NCBI GenBank assembly: GCA_051649345.1
Contig: JBOFGX010000173.1
Location: 1 to 52,069, forward strand
DNA from: Leadbetterella sp.
Lineage (GTDB): Bacteria; Bacteroidota; Bacteroidia; Cytophagales; Spirosomataceae
Length of the DNA stretch: 52,069 bases
Reading direction: 5' to 3'
Part shown: one piece after another, positions 9,232-22,627 of the stretch
Layout: the number at the start of each line of letters is the position of its first letter
Position numbering within the stretch: the stretch's first letter is position 1
The notes under the pieces: model-generated
The model's database searches: none
What the model saw: the letters and a program-made list of their open reading frames with translations, nothing else
What the model was told of the DNA's origin: nothing
Program-made: the position numbers and the translations under genes

Positions 9232-12200
9232 TTAATTCTTAACAATGCGTTGGGTATTCACTGACTTACCCTGAATTATCCTTACCATGTAGGATCCAGA
9301 TTGAAGACCAGAAGTACTCATCTGTACTTCATTTGCACCTTCTCTGATTCTAAACAACTGATGAACCTTGAGATTACCTTTCATATCAACAACCTCAACA
9401 ATAACTGCTCTTTCGCCCTTTTCCCTTACAGGGATTTTCATAAGTTCGCTTACTACGTTAGGATATAAAGGATTAAGTGCTTCTTTAGCTACAGGCTCAT
9501 CAACAGGGAATTCTTCGTCCACTCCTTCCCTAGAAGCTGATTGTGTAGTAAGACAAAAATCGTCTAAGAAAATCTTACCATTATTACCCTTATATATCCA
9601 AGGCACTACTTTAGTTGTACCAGAGGTTGGTACAGCTGATACAGAAAAACTTGTATAGGACGTACCTGTAACATTGACAGATGTTTCTCCAATCTCATTC
9701 CCTGATGAGTTAATGTGATCAAAGCCGACTACTGCTGCTGAAGGACTTCCCGTTAAATACGCATAGCCTTGTAAATTAACTCTATGTCCACTCGTTACAG
9801 TTATTTGTGACCCATATTGAATACCCCCATTGTTATTATTTAAGGATACCGCATATCTACCGCTACGTTTTTCGTTTGAAACTATGCTCGCATTCGTGTT
9901 GGTATTGGTCCAGCTTCCAAAATTAGCTTCAAATCCAGGATTCGACATTAATCCACAGGTATTTGGAGCCGTAGTCATACAAATATCGTCCACATATAGC
10001 TTACCACCTGAGCCCTTATAAATCCAAATTAACACTTTCGTAGATCCTGTTTTAGGTACTATAGAAAAAGCATATTTCGCATAACTTGTTGCTGTTACAG
10101 TCAATACTTGCTCTTCTTCTTCACCATTGTTTGCATTCAAGAAATCAACGCCGATTTGAGCAATACTTGGACTTCCTGAAACGTAAGCATATGCCTCAAA
10201 ATTAACAATATGCCCAGCAGTAACATTAATTTGAGATGCATATTGTATACCACCATTATTATTATTCATAGATAATGCTTTACGATCTGAACGCTTTTCA
10301 GCTGTAACTATCGAAGCATTCGTATTGGTATTGGTCCAGCTACTAAAGTCACTTTCGAAACCAGAATTATTTACCAAACCGCAGTTAACGGCATTTTGGT
10401 TTAAACATACATCATCTACAAAAAGCTTACCACTTCCATCTTTGTAAAACCACAACACTACTGAGGCTGTACCCACGGGAGGAACTTCATTATTACTAAA
10501 TTGAGCCCATGAAGTACCTGTTATATTGATTACTTTGTTTTCAAGTTTTGTACCTGCACTATTGTAAAAATCTATACCCATCATAGCATTGGTAGGAGTT
10601 CCTTCTAGTTTTGCATAACAAGTATAATTCAACTTATAGCCATTGGTAACATTGATTCTACTTCTAACTTCAAAACCACCTCCACCGGTAATCACTACTG
10701 ATTTTGTTCCTGATGACCCACTCCTTACATCTGAGGAAATAGCGGCTACTCCTGCATCATTTTTCCAGCCAACAAGATTGGCATTGAAGTTTGAATTGGA
10801 AACAAGTCCACATGCTACTGCAGAAGCCGCTGCTGTTACAGTTACAACAGTCGTATCTCTCTTGCTATTGTTTGAAGTTGCAATAATATTGGCTGTACCT
10901 GCTGCGATAGTTTCAATCAATCCATTCGAATTTACTGTCGCAACTCCCGTATTACTCGATGACCAAGTAACACTTGTGTTGCTAGCATTCGAAGGAGATA
11001 TAGTGGCCGTAATTTGATGATTTAGCCCAGCTTCCTTACTAAGCGTGGCTGGAGAAGTACTTACACTTGTTACAGAAACTGTTGTACTATTACCACCTCC
11101 AAAAACCACATGAGCCAATAACTTAATATAAGCTGCTTGATAGTAAACACCTGGCTCATTATAGATCCAAGGCTGGTTGATCAATGACCCATCTGAACAA
11201 GTACCTTCATAGTTGACCCTTTCAGTATATGCTTTTTGTACAGGTTGATCTTTCATATAGGCATTATAGCTCTGCTTACCTATAAGCATTTTGCCACAAG
11301 AAGGCTTATTAGAACCATTAATACCTCCTGTAATATAGCCTGGAGCAGGACCTATATCACTGGCATCTTGGTTATCAAACTGTGTCCCAGAATAGAACCA
11401 TGTATGGTGCATTTGCATAGCAGAAAAATCAGCACCATAAGCACCCATATTAGTCAGAAAACATAATCCAAAAGGATTTGTACCATGTAAGTAATTAACA
11501 ATACCTTGAGCTCTTTCCTTAAATTCTGATGTTTTAGTTGTCACAAGATTGTAACGAACATAGTCCAAGTTATCACTACCCAAACGAGAAATAGTACTAT
11601 TTGTACCCCAATTACTGTAATATGGTAACGATCTATATAAGTTATCGCTTGCTACAACTTTATACGGGTTTTTGGAGTCCGTAGCAGAAGCAGCAGCTAT
11701 TTTTCTGTTTATTATAGCATCTTTTACGGATTGAGTCGCCGTACGACCACTTGGCAAATGGTAAGCATAATATAGCAATGCCTCTGCTTGATTGGATCTG
11801 TATACTGCCCACTCACCCGAAGTAAACAACATTGGACGCATAATGGTGTAATTCGCATCCACAAAATCACGATATGTAGTATTACCAGTAAGTGCATATA
11901 AATACACTGCAGCACATACGGCTTCTTCCTTATGCTCTATCGTATATTGCTGCGAAGGAGCATAATTGGGGGCTGAAGGCTCTGGTCCTGGACCGTCTCC
12001 ATTTCCAGCCTCAATGTCTCCATTATCGCAATCTTTTGATTTATCTGATGAATTATTATAAAAAGTCCAAGCTTTTTCTGCACGGGCAGTAAGTTCTGGA
12101 ACTTCAGCTGTCAGACTAGAATTACCATTCATATTGTAAACAAGAGCAGCATGGGCAAACATACCTGCTGCCATAACTGATGAATGTGGGCAAGGTGTTT

Positions 12201-13158
12201 CTTCGTATCGAAGTGCTCTTGTATCCGTACTAGGAGGAGAAGTGTAGCCTCCGTCTTGAAAAATACCCACCTTATTATATACTACACCATCACCCGAGTT
12301 ACTAGAGTAATTATAATTTTGCATCGTTTTAATCCAATTGATTTCATAACGAACTTCATCCAAAATATCAGGTATACTGTTTGAAGACTCCGGAAGATTC
12401 AGATTCAGATTATCCCAATTTGACTTATACTGCTCATACGATGTAAACAAATCATGAACGGGTTCTGCTACAAAACTCACATATCTATTAGGATCACCTG
12501 CATCTATCCACCCACCTGATATACTCCTTGTAGGATTGCCACCCGCAGATGTAACAACGGCACTGGATTGATTGGATGCATTATACCAAGCTCCGTCTTC
12601 CCAGGTTTTTCCAGCGGCAAATCCAGTGGTATTAGACGATGGAGTAACTTTATTAAAGTTTGCACGTTGGTAATAATACATGTTCATGGCACGTTTCAAA
12701 ACGTCCGTATACACATTAGCGTCAATTTTGAAAACATAACTATCTACATAAGCTGTAGAAGATGTATATACCCGAACCTTAAATGTACCAACAGTAGTGA
12801 CAGAACTAAAGTCAAACCAATAGCCTTTATCTCCACTGAAAGAATCAGTATTGCCGCTTTGCCATTGAGTAGGTAATGCTTGGTACTCGACAGTTTCTGC
12901 ATTATTTGCACCAATCTTAATTAACTGAACATTTTGAGATCCCGGATTATAGGGCACTACGCCAGCTTCAGAAGAATTGAAGCCATTAACAGGCTTTGAA
13001 ATTATTGCAACTTTCTTGGCACTAGGAATATAGCCAAACTGATCAACTGCAATATACGTTTTTTGAGACAAACTTTGAGCCATACCGTTTTGACCAAAAA
13101 TCAAAATGGATAACATAAGCGTTGCTCCTTTGAGCAAGGCAGTAAATTTTTTTTTCAT
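9232..13158 (-). CDS. Modular GH9 glycoside hydrolase: Ig-like N-domain, GH9, Big_2, three CBM4/9-like modules, T9SS type A C-terminal domain
   Basis: VDQFGY; GGWIDAGD; YLHGTNP; NEPGVYY; VTWSSSNTGVATVNSNG; three N..FE...W repeats; LYPN...GLQSGSYMVRI...RIVKN. Confidence 0.85.
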   Translation of the reverse strand: MKKKFTALLKGATLMLSILIFGQNGMAQSLSQKTYIAVDQFGYIPSAKKVAIISKPVNGFNSSEAGVVPYNPGSQNVQLIKIGANNAETVEYQALPTQWQSGNTDSFSGDKGYWFDFSSVTTVGTFKVRVYTSSTAYVDSYVFKIDANVYTDVLKRAMNMYYYQRANFNKVTPSSNTTGFAAGKTWEDGAWYNASNQSSAVVTSAGGNPTRSISGGWIDAGDPNRYVSFVAEPVHDLFTSYEQYKSNWDNLNLNLPESSNSIPDILDEVRYEINWIKTMQNYNYSSNSGDGVVYNKVGIFQDGGYTSPPSTDTRALRYEETPCPHSSVMAAGMFAHAALVYNMNGNSSLTAEVPELTARAEKAWTFYNNSSDKSKDCDNGDIEAGNGDGPGPEPSAPNYAPSQQYTIEHKEEAVCAAVYLYALTGNTTYRDFVDANYTIMRPMLFTSGEWAVYRSNQAEALLYYAYHLPSGRTATQSVKDAIINRKIAAASATDSKNPYKVVASDNLYRSLPYYSNWGTNSTISRLGSDNLDYVRYNLVTTKTSEFKERAQGIVNYLHGTNPFGLCFLTNMGAYGADFSAMQMHHTWFYSGTQFDNQDASDIGPAPGYITGGINGSNKPSCGKMLIGKQSYNAYMKDQPVQKAYTERVNYEGTCSDGSLINQPWIYNEPGVYYQAAYIKLLAHVVFGGGNSTTVSVTSVSTSPATLSKEAGLNHQITATISPSNASNTSVTWSSSNTGVATVNSNGLIETIAAGTANIIATSNNSKRDTTVVTVTAAASAVACGLVSNSNFNANLVGWKNDAGVAAISSDVRSGSSGTKSVVITGGGGFEVRSRINVTNGYKLNYTCYAKLEGTPTNAMMGIDFYNSAGTKLENKVINITGTSWAQFSNNEVPPVGTASVVLWFYKDGSGKLFVDDVCLNQNAVNCGLVNNSGFESDFSSWTNTNTNASIVTAEKRSDRKALSMNNNNGGIQYASQINVTAGHIVNFEAYAYVSGSPSIAQIGVDFLNANNGEEEEQVLTVTATSYAKYAFSIVPKTGSTKVLIWIYKGSGGKLYVDDICMTTAPNTCGLMSNPGFEANFGSWTNTNTNASIVSNEKRSGRYAVSLNNNNGGIQYGSQITVTSGHRVNLQGYAYLTGSPSAAVVGFDHINSSGNEIGETSVNVTGTSYTSFSVSAVPTSGTTKVVPWIYKGNNGKIFLDDFCLTTQSASREGVDEEFPVDEPVAKEALNPLYPNVVSELMKIPVREKGERAVIVEVVDMKGNLKVHQLFRIREGANEVQMSTSGLQSGSYMVRIIQGKSVNTQRIVKN

Positions 13159-13277
13159 TGTAAAATTTTAATTTGAATAGGTTTTTAAAAATAGATGAAA
13201 TACTTTTCAGGGTAGGTTAATTCTTATAGGCAGTTTCGTTTAAAGGTTGACAATTATATTTTAGGTATTCGAAGTCA

Positions 13278-13285
13278 CAAATATA
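13278..13285 (-). promoter_or_regulatory. -7 box (TATATTTG) upstream of the GH9 gene
   Basis: TAnnTTTG match 120 nt upstream of the ATG, in an AT-rich context. Confidence 0.45.
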
Positions 13286-13805
13286 TATTTTGATTTCAAC
13301 ACCTAAAACAAAATAGCATTATTTTAATATTTTTTATAATAAAAGTAAAATTGTATCATACCTATATTTTATCAAACACCCCCAAAAAATAATACAGAGA
13401 GGAGAATATGATAAAATTTATAATATTTAAAGATGAAAAAATAGTATTATTGTACTACAATTTGAAAGAAGAAATGGAATATATTGTATCATATATGACA
13501 ATATCTGCAACAAAAAATCCCATTACACATTTTTTAATCAAAATTTGCAATTAGATTGATAATATTGTATCCAGTATTTATGTTTAAATAGTAGTCATTT
13601 TTACTAATCCAAACTTAAACAAATCAAAAATCCATTTTAAAGAACAGGAAATAAAAAAAATGATTACCAATAAGCACCACCCATGTTATTCGAACGCTAG
13701 TATAATTTTTTACTAACAACCTCATTCTAAAATTGTTTCTAAAGTCCTGAACGAAACTATTGATATTTATTTTCAATACCGCTTCAAAAACAACTTGATT
13801 TAAGC

Positions 13806-13813
13806 TAACTTTG
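13806..13813 (+). promoter_or_regulatory. -7 box (TAACTTTG) of pyrG
   Basis: TAnnTTTG 26 nt before the ATG. Confidence 0.6.
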
Positions 13814-13830
13814 TATCCCGTAATCAATAA

Positions 13831-16255
<2,425 letters not shown>

Positions 16256-16322
16256 AATCCAACTTTAAGTATCCAAAATTAAGGCTAATTTTATAGACAT
16301 TTTAAAAACCATCGCTTTAAAA

Positions 16323-19300
16323 ATGACTAAGCCTAATGTAGATTTCCTCCAAGAGTTTATTGATCATACATCTGAACTCATTTTTATGCTTTCTGTTGAA
16401 GGTGATTTTTGGTTTGTAAACAATGCATTTGTAGAAAGGCTAGGCTATTCTAGAGAGGAAATGCACACCAAAAATCTAGAGTCTATTTTACATCCCGAAT
16501 ATAAAGACGCTGTTTATACGAATCTTGATAGAGTAAAAAATGGTGAAGTTGTACATGATTTTTTAATGGTGTTTAGAACCACCGAAAGAAACAGAATTTA
16601 TTTACTCGGTGAGGTAACGTGCAAATATCTCAACGGAAAACCTAATTCTTATCGTTGCCTGTTTAGAGATATTACATCCAGAAGAAGAGCTGAAATCGCT
16701 CAAAATCTTTACCATACTATAGCACAAATAAATTTGAGCTCAAGAAATCTGGAAGATTTCCTATCTCAAGTACATAAAAACCTCCAAAAGAATATCTATG
16801 CGAACAACTTCTTTGTTGCCATTTTTGAGGCCGAATCCAATAGTATTTATTTCCCTTACCACAGAGATGAATATTACGAAACAGGTCAGAGCTATATCAA
16901 ACGAAATCTAGGAAACGGCATCATAGAGTATGCCATTATTCAAAACAAACCTCTGATCTATAATAAAGAAGAACTTCAATCACTTATCGATAAAGAGAAA
17001 CTCTTTATTTACGAATCCATTTTGCCTGAAGTAACGGTTCTGGTTCCATTAAAAATTCAAGAAAAATCTATTGGGGTGATTGGCATAAAATCCTATTCTG
17101 ATGCCACCAAGTTCTCGACTAATGATATGGAATTGCTAGAGTTCGTTAGTGGTCAAATTGCTATTTCGATGGAACGTAAAAAGGCTGAGGAATCATTGAT
17201 GCTCCAAACTGCCAAGCTTAATGCCATTTTTGATTCGAGCACACATGTTATTTGGACGGTTAATCGTAAACGTAATATTTCTTCCTTTAATAAATACTAT
17301 TACAATCTCATTTTTGAAAAACTAGGAATTAGCCCAGCAACGGGCGATAGTGTAGAAAAGCTTGGCTGGCGACTAGTGTATCCAGAGGACAAACCCCTTC
17401 TTAGAGAACACTACAACCTTGCTTTCAATGGTATACCGCAATATTTCGAAATGCATTGGGGTCAAGTAGACGGGGGCGATGAATGGTACGAATTTTATCT
17501 TAATCCCATAATTTCATCTGAGAATGGTGAAATTGATGAGGTGTCTGGTATAGCTAGAAACATTACAGACAAAAAAAATGCCCTATTGAGTATCCAGAGA
17601 AGCGAAGGCAAGTTTCGTGATATCATTGACTCATTTATTGATATTTACTACAGAACAGATCTAGCTGGAAATATCACTATGATTTCTCCTTCTGTGCTTA
17701 CTCATACAGGATACACAGAAGAAGAAGTAACAGGACAGAAAGTTGATAAATTTTTCGAAAACGCACTAGATTCAGCCAAAGGGATAAAATCCTTATTAAA
17801 GTCTGGTAGTATTACCAACTTTGAGGTTATGGTAAAACGAAAAGACTTGACTCTGCGTCAGTTTATGCTGAACATACGTATGATCAAGGATTCAAAAGGT
17901 ATTCCAATCGAGGTAGAAGGTGTAGCTAGAGATATTTCTGATTTAAGAAACGCTACGGATCAACTATTAGTCGCCAAGAATGAAGCTGAGCACTCCTTGA
18001 AGGTCAAAGAGCAGTTTTTAGCCAATATGAGCCATGAAATACGTACGCCCATGAACGGAATAATAGGGATGATAGACGTTTTAGGTGAAACTCAGCTTAA
18101 TCCTGCTCAAAAAGAATATGTAAACACTATAAAAAAATCATCAGAAACGCTCCTAACAATTCTAAATGACATCCTAGATCTTTCCAAAATAGAAGCTGGT
18201 AAAATGGAAATATTGTATGTGCCGGTGGACATTCAAGAAATATTACAAAACCTCATAGACTTGTATAAGCAGAAAGCTTTAGAAAAATCAAATATTCTGA
18301 GTTTCAAATTAGATTCTAATGTACCAAGATACATAAAAGGCGACCAAATAAGACTATTACAGATCCTTTCAAATCTCACATCTAATGCACTCAAGTTTAC
18401 GCAGAACGGAAAAGTTACAATACAGGTCTCTACCGATAAAAAATCTTCTTCCAAGCAAATGATTATGTTTAAGGTAATAGATACAGGGATGGGTATTTCT
18501 AAAGAGAATCAAAAGAAATTGTTCAATAGTTTTCAGCAACTGGATATTTCTACTAAAAAGTCATTCGGAGGAACAGGGCTAGGATTATCTATATCGAAAG
18601 AACTTTGTTCCAAAATGGGAGGAAAAATTGGTCTTGAGTCTGAAGAAGGTAAAGGAAGTACTTTTTGGTTCTCGATTTATACAGAAGAATCGAGCGAAAC
18701 CGAAATAATAAAAATAAACAAGGAAGAAAATAGTCAAATAAAAATTACTGGATACTTTGACACAAAACAACCTAAAATCTTGCTTGTAGATGATAACTCT
18801 ATAAATAGAAAAGTAGCTTCCGAAATACTAAAAACTGCAAATTGCATAATTCAAACTGCCAGTTCTGGAAAAAAGGCGATTGAGGTTTACAGCAAAGATC
18901 AAGATTTTGATGTCATACTAATGGACATCCAAATGCCAGAAATGGATGGTATTGAAACGACTCAAATTCTAAAAAGCAAGTTTGGTAGTTCCCTCCCACC
19001 TGTTGTAGCTATGACGGCGTACTCTATGCCTAACGATAAAGAGAAATTTCTATCTCAAGGGATGGATGACTACATTTCTAAGCCTATAAGAGCCAATAAA
19101 CTAATCAAAAAAATTAGCGATCTAGTCAATCATGTTTCTGAAGGATCCTATGAAGAAAAAGTAAAAATAGAGTATACAAGATACGATTTTGCTACTATAA
19201 ATTCTCTGCGAGAAATGGTAGGTAATGAAATGTTATCCTCTGTTTTTGAAGACTTTGAGCGAGAAGCTACTGAACAGATCCAAAATACATTGAATGCATT

Positions 19301-19505
19301 TAAAATAAACGATGTCACAACTATCCAAAAAGAATTACATACACTCAAAGGGAATTCAGGAACATTAGGACTTACTAAAATCTATGAGATTACAGCAGAA
19401 ATTGAAAATCCATCCAAAAAGGGTGATTTGGATGGATTTGAAGAAAAATCAAAAATCTTACTTTTGGAGTTTGAACACTTCAAAAATGCGTATAAATCTT
19501 GGTAA
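16323..19505 (+). CDS. Cytoplasmic hybrid histidine kinase (PAS-GAF-PAS-PAS-HisKA-HATPase-REC-HPt)
   Basis: FLANMSHEIRTPMNG, GGTGLGL, LMDIQMP, LHTLKG; no evident transmembrane segment. Confidence 0.92.
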   Translation: MTKPNVDFLQEFIDHTSELIFMLSVEGDFWFVNNAFVERLGYSREEMHTKNLESILHPEYKDAVYTNLDRVKNGEVVHDFLMVFRTTERNRIYLLGEVTCKYLNGKPNSYRCLFRDITSRRRAEIAQNLYHTIAQINLSSRNLEDFLSQVHKNLQKNIYANNFFVAIFEAESNSIYFPYHRDEYYETGQSYIKRNLGNGIIEYAIIQNKPLIYNKEELQSLIDKEKLFIYESILPEVTVLVPLKIQEKSIGVIGIKSYSDATKFSTNDMELLEFVSGQIAISMERKKAEESLMLQTAKLNAIFDSSTHVIWTVNRKRNISSFNKYYYNLIFEKLGISPATGDSVEKLGWRLVYPEDKPLLREHYNLAFNGIPQYFEMHWGQVDGGDEWYEFYLNPIISSENGEIDEVSGIARNITDKKNALLSIQRSEGKFRDIIDSFIDIYYRTDLAGNITMISPSVLTHTGYTEEEVTGQKVDKFFENALDSAKGIKSLLKSGSITNFEVMVKRKDLTLRQFMLNIRMIKDSKGIPIEVEGVARDISDLRNATDQLLVAKNEAEHSLKVKEQFLANMSHEIRTPMNGIIGMIDVLGETQLNPAQKEYVNTIKKSSETLLTILNDILDLSKIEAGKMEILYVPVDIQEILQNLIDLYKQKALEKSNILSFKLDSNVPRYIKGDQIRLLQILSNLTSNALKFTQNGKVTIQVSTDKKSSSKQMIMFKVIDTGMGISKENQKKLFNSFQQLDISTKKSFGGTGLGLSISKELCSKMGGKIGLESEEGKGSTFWFSIYTEESSETEIIKINKEENSQIKITGYFDTKQPKILLVDDNSINRKVASEILKTANCIIQTASSGKKAIEVYSKDQDFDVILMDIQMPEMDGIETTQILKSKFGSSLPPVVAMTAYSMPNDKEKFLSQGMDDYISKPIRANKLIKKISDLVNHVSEGSYEEKVKIEYTRYDFATINSLREMVGNEMLSSVFEDFEREATEQIQNTLNAFKINDVTTIQKELHTLKGNSGTLGLTKIYEITAEIENPSKKGDLDGFEEKSKILLLEFEHFKNAYKSW

Positions 19506-19507
19506 AA

Positions 19508-19960
19508 TCAGTCTGGAATCCTTAGTACCTGACCTGGATAGATAAGATCCGGATCCTTTAGCATGGGTTTGTTGGCTTCAAAGATCACAGGATACTTCAT
19601 AGGATCTCCATACATTGCTTTAGCTATTTTTGACAATGAATCTCCTGATTCAACAGTATGATATCTTGCTTCAGGCTCAGGGACCTCTACTTCCATTTGG
19701 TTATCTACAGCCTCAACACCATGAACATTACCTACCGCTAAAGCTATTTTTTCTGCATCGGATTGACTTGCTACCTCGCCCGTTATTCGAACTAGATGAT
19801 CTTGAACATGTATAGATAATGATTTATACGACAATCCCAAGCCTTTTACATGCTCAAGCAAAGCCGAAGCTTTCAACTCTGGAGTTTTTTGAGCAATTTC
19901 TTCTTCGTTTTTACCGAATATTTTTTCACCAACTCCTTTAAAAAATGACATTAGTCCCAT
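19508..19960 (-). CDS. lysM: BON-LysM protein, Kbp/YgaU-like
   Basis: MGLMSFFKGVGEKIFG; AVGNVHGVEAVD; GDSLSKIAK...IFEANKPMLKDPDLIYPGQVLRIP. Confidence 0.9.
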   Translation of the reverse strand: MGLMSFFKGVGEKIFGKNEEEIAQKTPELKASALLEHVKGLGLSYKSLSIHVQDHLVRITGEVASQSDAEKIALAVGNVHGVEAVDNQMEVEVPEPEARYHTVESGDSLSKIAKAMYGDPMKYPVIFEANKPMLKDPDLIYPGQVLRIPD

Positions 19961-20094
19961 AAAATTTAGTTTGTTTAAGCTTCAAATCTACACTATTTTG
20001 AAGGTGTTTTGTAGATTTTTCGAAAAAAATATTTTTAAAAATATTATAATAGGAATTTACGTTATAACTTTAAAAAAATATTAATAAGCAAAGC

Positions 20095-20610
20095 ATGTAT
20101 AAGTATATTCTTTCAACAATCATTGCATTATGCTCTCTCCAATCTTTTGCACAAGAAGATCAAGCCATAATTGCTACACTAAATAATTATTTAGATGGCG
20201 GCACTAACGGGGATGTTGCTCAGTTTACGAGTGCTTTTTTCCCAGATGCGGTACAAAGAGCAATCGGTAGCACGGGGAGTCCTACAGGTATGACAGTAAA
20301 AGATCTAGCAGGAAAAATAAAGCCCGGCCAAAAAATGGAAAGAACAACTAAAATTATTTCATGGTCATATGCAGGTACGGCGGCAACAGCTATCACAGAA
20401 ACAGAGTACGCTACCAATAAGATCATTGATATGTTAAACTTACTGAAGCTAGGTAACGATTGGAAAATTATCAGTAGAGTGTATTCTAGAATCCAAAAAG
20501 AAGAAGCTGTAATCTCTTCGAATCCTACGCCTGTTGCTACAGGTAAAGCTGGTTCTGCCACAAAACCGGCAGCCACAAAACCAAAACCAAAGGCAAACGA
20601 TGGTTGGTAA
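20095..20610 (+). CDS. Secreted NTF2-fold (putative lumazine-binding family) protein with Pro/Lys/Ala-rich tail
   Basis: Signal peptide; YLDG...AFFPDA; DMLNLLKLGNDWKIISR. Confidence 0.7.
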   Translation: MYKYILSTIIALCSLQSFAQEDQAIIATLNNYLDGGTNGDVAQFTSAFFPDAVQRAIGSTGSPTGMTVKDLAGKIKPGQKMERTTKIISWSYAGTAATAITETEYATNKIIDMLNLLKLGNDWKIISRVYSRIQKEEAVISSNPTPVATGKAGSATKPAATKPKPKANDGW

Positions 20611-20636
20611 TTTTTATCAATTGACACTATAAAAGT

Positions 20637-20659
20637 AAAGCCACCTTATGGGTGGCTTT
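20637..20659. terminator. Bidirectional terminator between convergent genes
   Basis: AAAGCCACC-loop-GGTGGCTTT. Confidence 0.75.
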
Positions 20660-20685
20660 CTTATTCTAAGAATATTTCACTGGGA

Positions 20686-21546
20686 TTATTTCAGTATATC
20701 CAATAAATATTGTCCGTATCCTGATTTCACTAAAGGTTTGGCAACCTCTATAAGTGTCTCTTTTGTGATGAATCCCATCCTATAAGCAACTTCTTCTATA
20801 CAGCCAATTTTAAGACCTTGACGTTCTTCTATAACTTGAACAAACTGTCCAGCCTGCATCAAGGAATTGAAAGTACCCGTGTCTAACCATGCCGTGCCCC
20901 TATTCATTACACCTACATGAAGCTTACCTCTTTCCAAATACACACGATTTACATCTGTGATTTCTAATTCGCCACGAGGAGATGGTTTTATATTTTTCGC
21001 AATTTCTACTACGTCATTATCATAAAAATACAATCCTGGTACAGCAAAATTACTTTTCGGGCTTTCGGGTTTCTCTTCTATTGAAATTACCTTCCTATTC
21101 TGATCAAACTCCACTACCCCATACCTTTCTGGATCATTCACAGGATAGGCAAACACCATCCCTCCGTCTGGGTCAGCACAAGACTGTAAAAGTTTACTTA
21201 GACCTGAACCGTAAAAAATATTATCCCCCAAAACAAGTGCAACCTTATCATTCCCTATAAAATCTTCACCAATTATAAAAGCTTGTGCCAACCCGTCAGG
21301 AGAGGGCTGTTCAGCATATTCAAATCTACATCCGATTTGAGTACCATCCCCCAATAGTTTTTTGAAATGTGGCAAATCGTGCGGTGTAGATATGATAAGT
21401 ATTTCTCTTATGCCTGAAAGCATCAATATAGAGAGAGGGTAATAGATCATGGGCTTATCATAAACAGGCATAAGTTGCTTACTGACAGCTAATGTTAAAG
21501 GATGCAAACGTGTGCCGCTTCCCCCTGCTAAAATTATTCCTTTCAT
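20686..21546 (-). CDS. rfbA: Glucose-1-phosphate thymidylyltransferase
   Basis: [40 protein letters not shown]. Confidence 0.98.
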   Translation of the reverse strand: MKGIILAGGSGTRLHPLTLAVSKQLMPVYDKPMIYYPLSILMLSGIREILIISTPHDLPHFKKLLGDGTQIGCRFEYAEQPSPDGLAQAFIIGEDFIGNDKVALVLGDNIFYGSGLSKLLQSCADPDGGMVFAYPVNDPERYGVVEFDQNRKVISIEEKPESPKSNFAVPGLYFYDNDVVEIAKNIKPSPRGELEITDVNRVYLERGKLHVGVMNRGTAWLDTGTFNSLMQAGQFVQVIEERQGLKIGCIEEVAYRMGFITKETLIEVAKPLVKSGYGQYLLDILK

Positions 21547-21568
21547 TATTGGTGTTATATGTTTAAAT

Positions 21569-22627
21569 TCAACGATTTGAATACATAGATGAATAATACT
21601 TCTGATATGATCCTGAAGTTACGTTTTGGATCCATTCAACATTTAAGAGATACCAATCAACAGTAAGGCCTAAGCCTTGCTCAAATGTCACAGAAGGTTC
21701 CCAACCCAATGTATTCATTAGCTTGGTGGCATCTATCGCATATCGCAAATCGTGACCTGCTCTATCTGTCACAAAAGTTATAAGATTTCTGGATGTCCCT
21801 TGCTCTCTTCCAAGTTTTTGATCCATTACATCGCATAACAAGTGAACTAGATCTAAATTCTTCCACTCATTGTTACCACCTATATTAAAAGTCTCTCCAT
21901 CTTTCCCTTCATGATAAATTACGTCTATTGCTCTTGCATGATCAATTACATACAGCCAATCACGTACATTTTCACCTTTCCCATATACAGGAAGTGGTTT
22001 ATTGCTTAATATATTATTAATCATCAAAGGAATCAGCTTCTCTGGAAAATGATTAGGTCCATAATTATTGGAGCAATTAGAAATAACAATAGGCAAACCG
22101 TACGTACTCGAATACGCTCGTACAAAATGATCTGAACTAGCTTTAGATGCAGAATAAGGAGACCGAGGATCGTAGGATGTCTCCTCCGTAAAAAACTCCT
22201 CTGGATTATGTAACTCACCATATACCTCATCAGTAGATACGTGATAAAAACGTTTTCCTTCATAATTGCCCTTCCATGCATTTTTAGCTGCATTTAGAAG
22301 GTTACATGTCCCTATTACATTGGTCTTAACAAAGGCCATAGGGTCCGTAATTGATCTATCTACATGTGATTCCGCAGCCAAATGAATTACGCCATCAACT
22401 TCATGCTTAGAAAACAAATCATTTATAAAGACCTCGTCTGTAATGTCTCCTTTTTCAAAAAAGTAATTGGGTTTATCGTCTATATCTTTTAGATTTTCTA
22501 GATTACCTGCATACGTAAGTGTATCCAGATTAATGATTTTGTATTGTGGATACTTGTTTACGAAAAGACGTACTACGTGAGATCCTATAAATCCAGCTCC
22601 TCCCGTAATAATTAGTGTTTTACTCAT
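21569..22627 (-). CDS. rfbB: dTDP-glucose 4,6-dehydratase
   Basis: [29 protein letters not shown]. Confidence 0.98.
   Translation of the reverse strand: MSKTLIITGGAGFIGSHVVRLFVNKYPQYKIINLDTLTYAGNLENLKDIDDKPNYFFEKGDITDEVFINDLFSKHEVDGVIHLAAESHVDRSITDPMAFVKTNVIGTCNLLNAAKNAWKGNYEGKRFYHVSTDEVYGELHNPEEFFTEETSYDPRSPYSASKASSDHFVRAYSSTYGLPIVISNCSNNYGPNHFPEKLIPLMINNILSNKPLPVYGKGENVRDWLYVIDHARAIDVIYHEGKDGETFNIGGNNEWKNLDLVHLLCDVMDQKLGREQGTSRNLITFVTDRAGHDLRYAIDATKLMNTLGWEPSVTFEQGLGLTVDWYLLNVEWIQNVTSGSYQKYYSSMYSNR

Noticed and set aside
13624-13827. 67 aa ORF in the GH9-pyrG spacer
   Set aside because: It overlaps the pyrG promoter, has a non-ATG start and low-complexity AT-derived composition.
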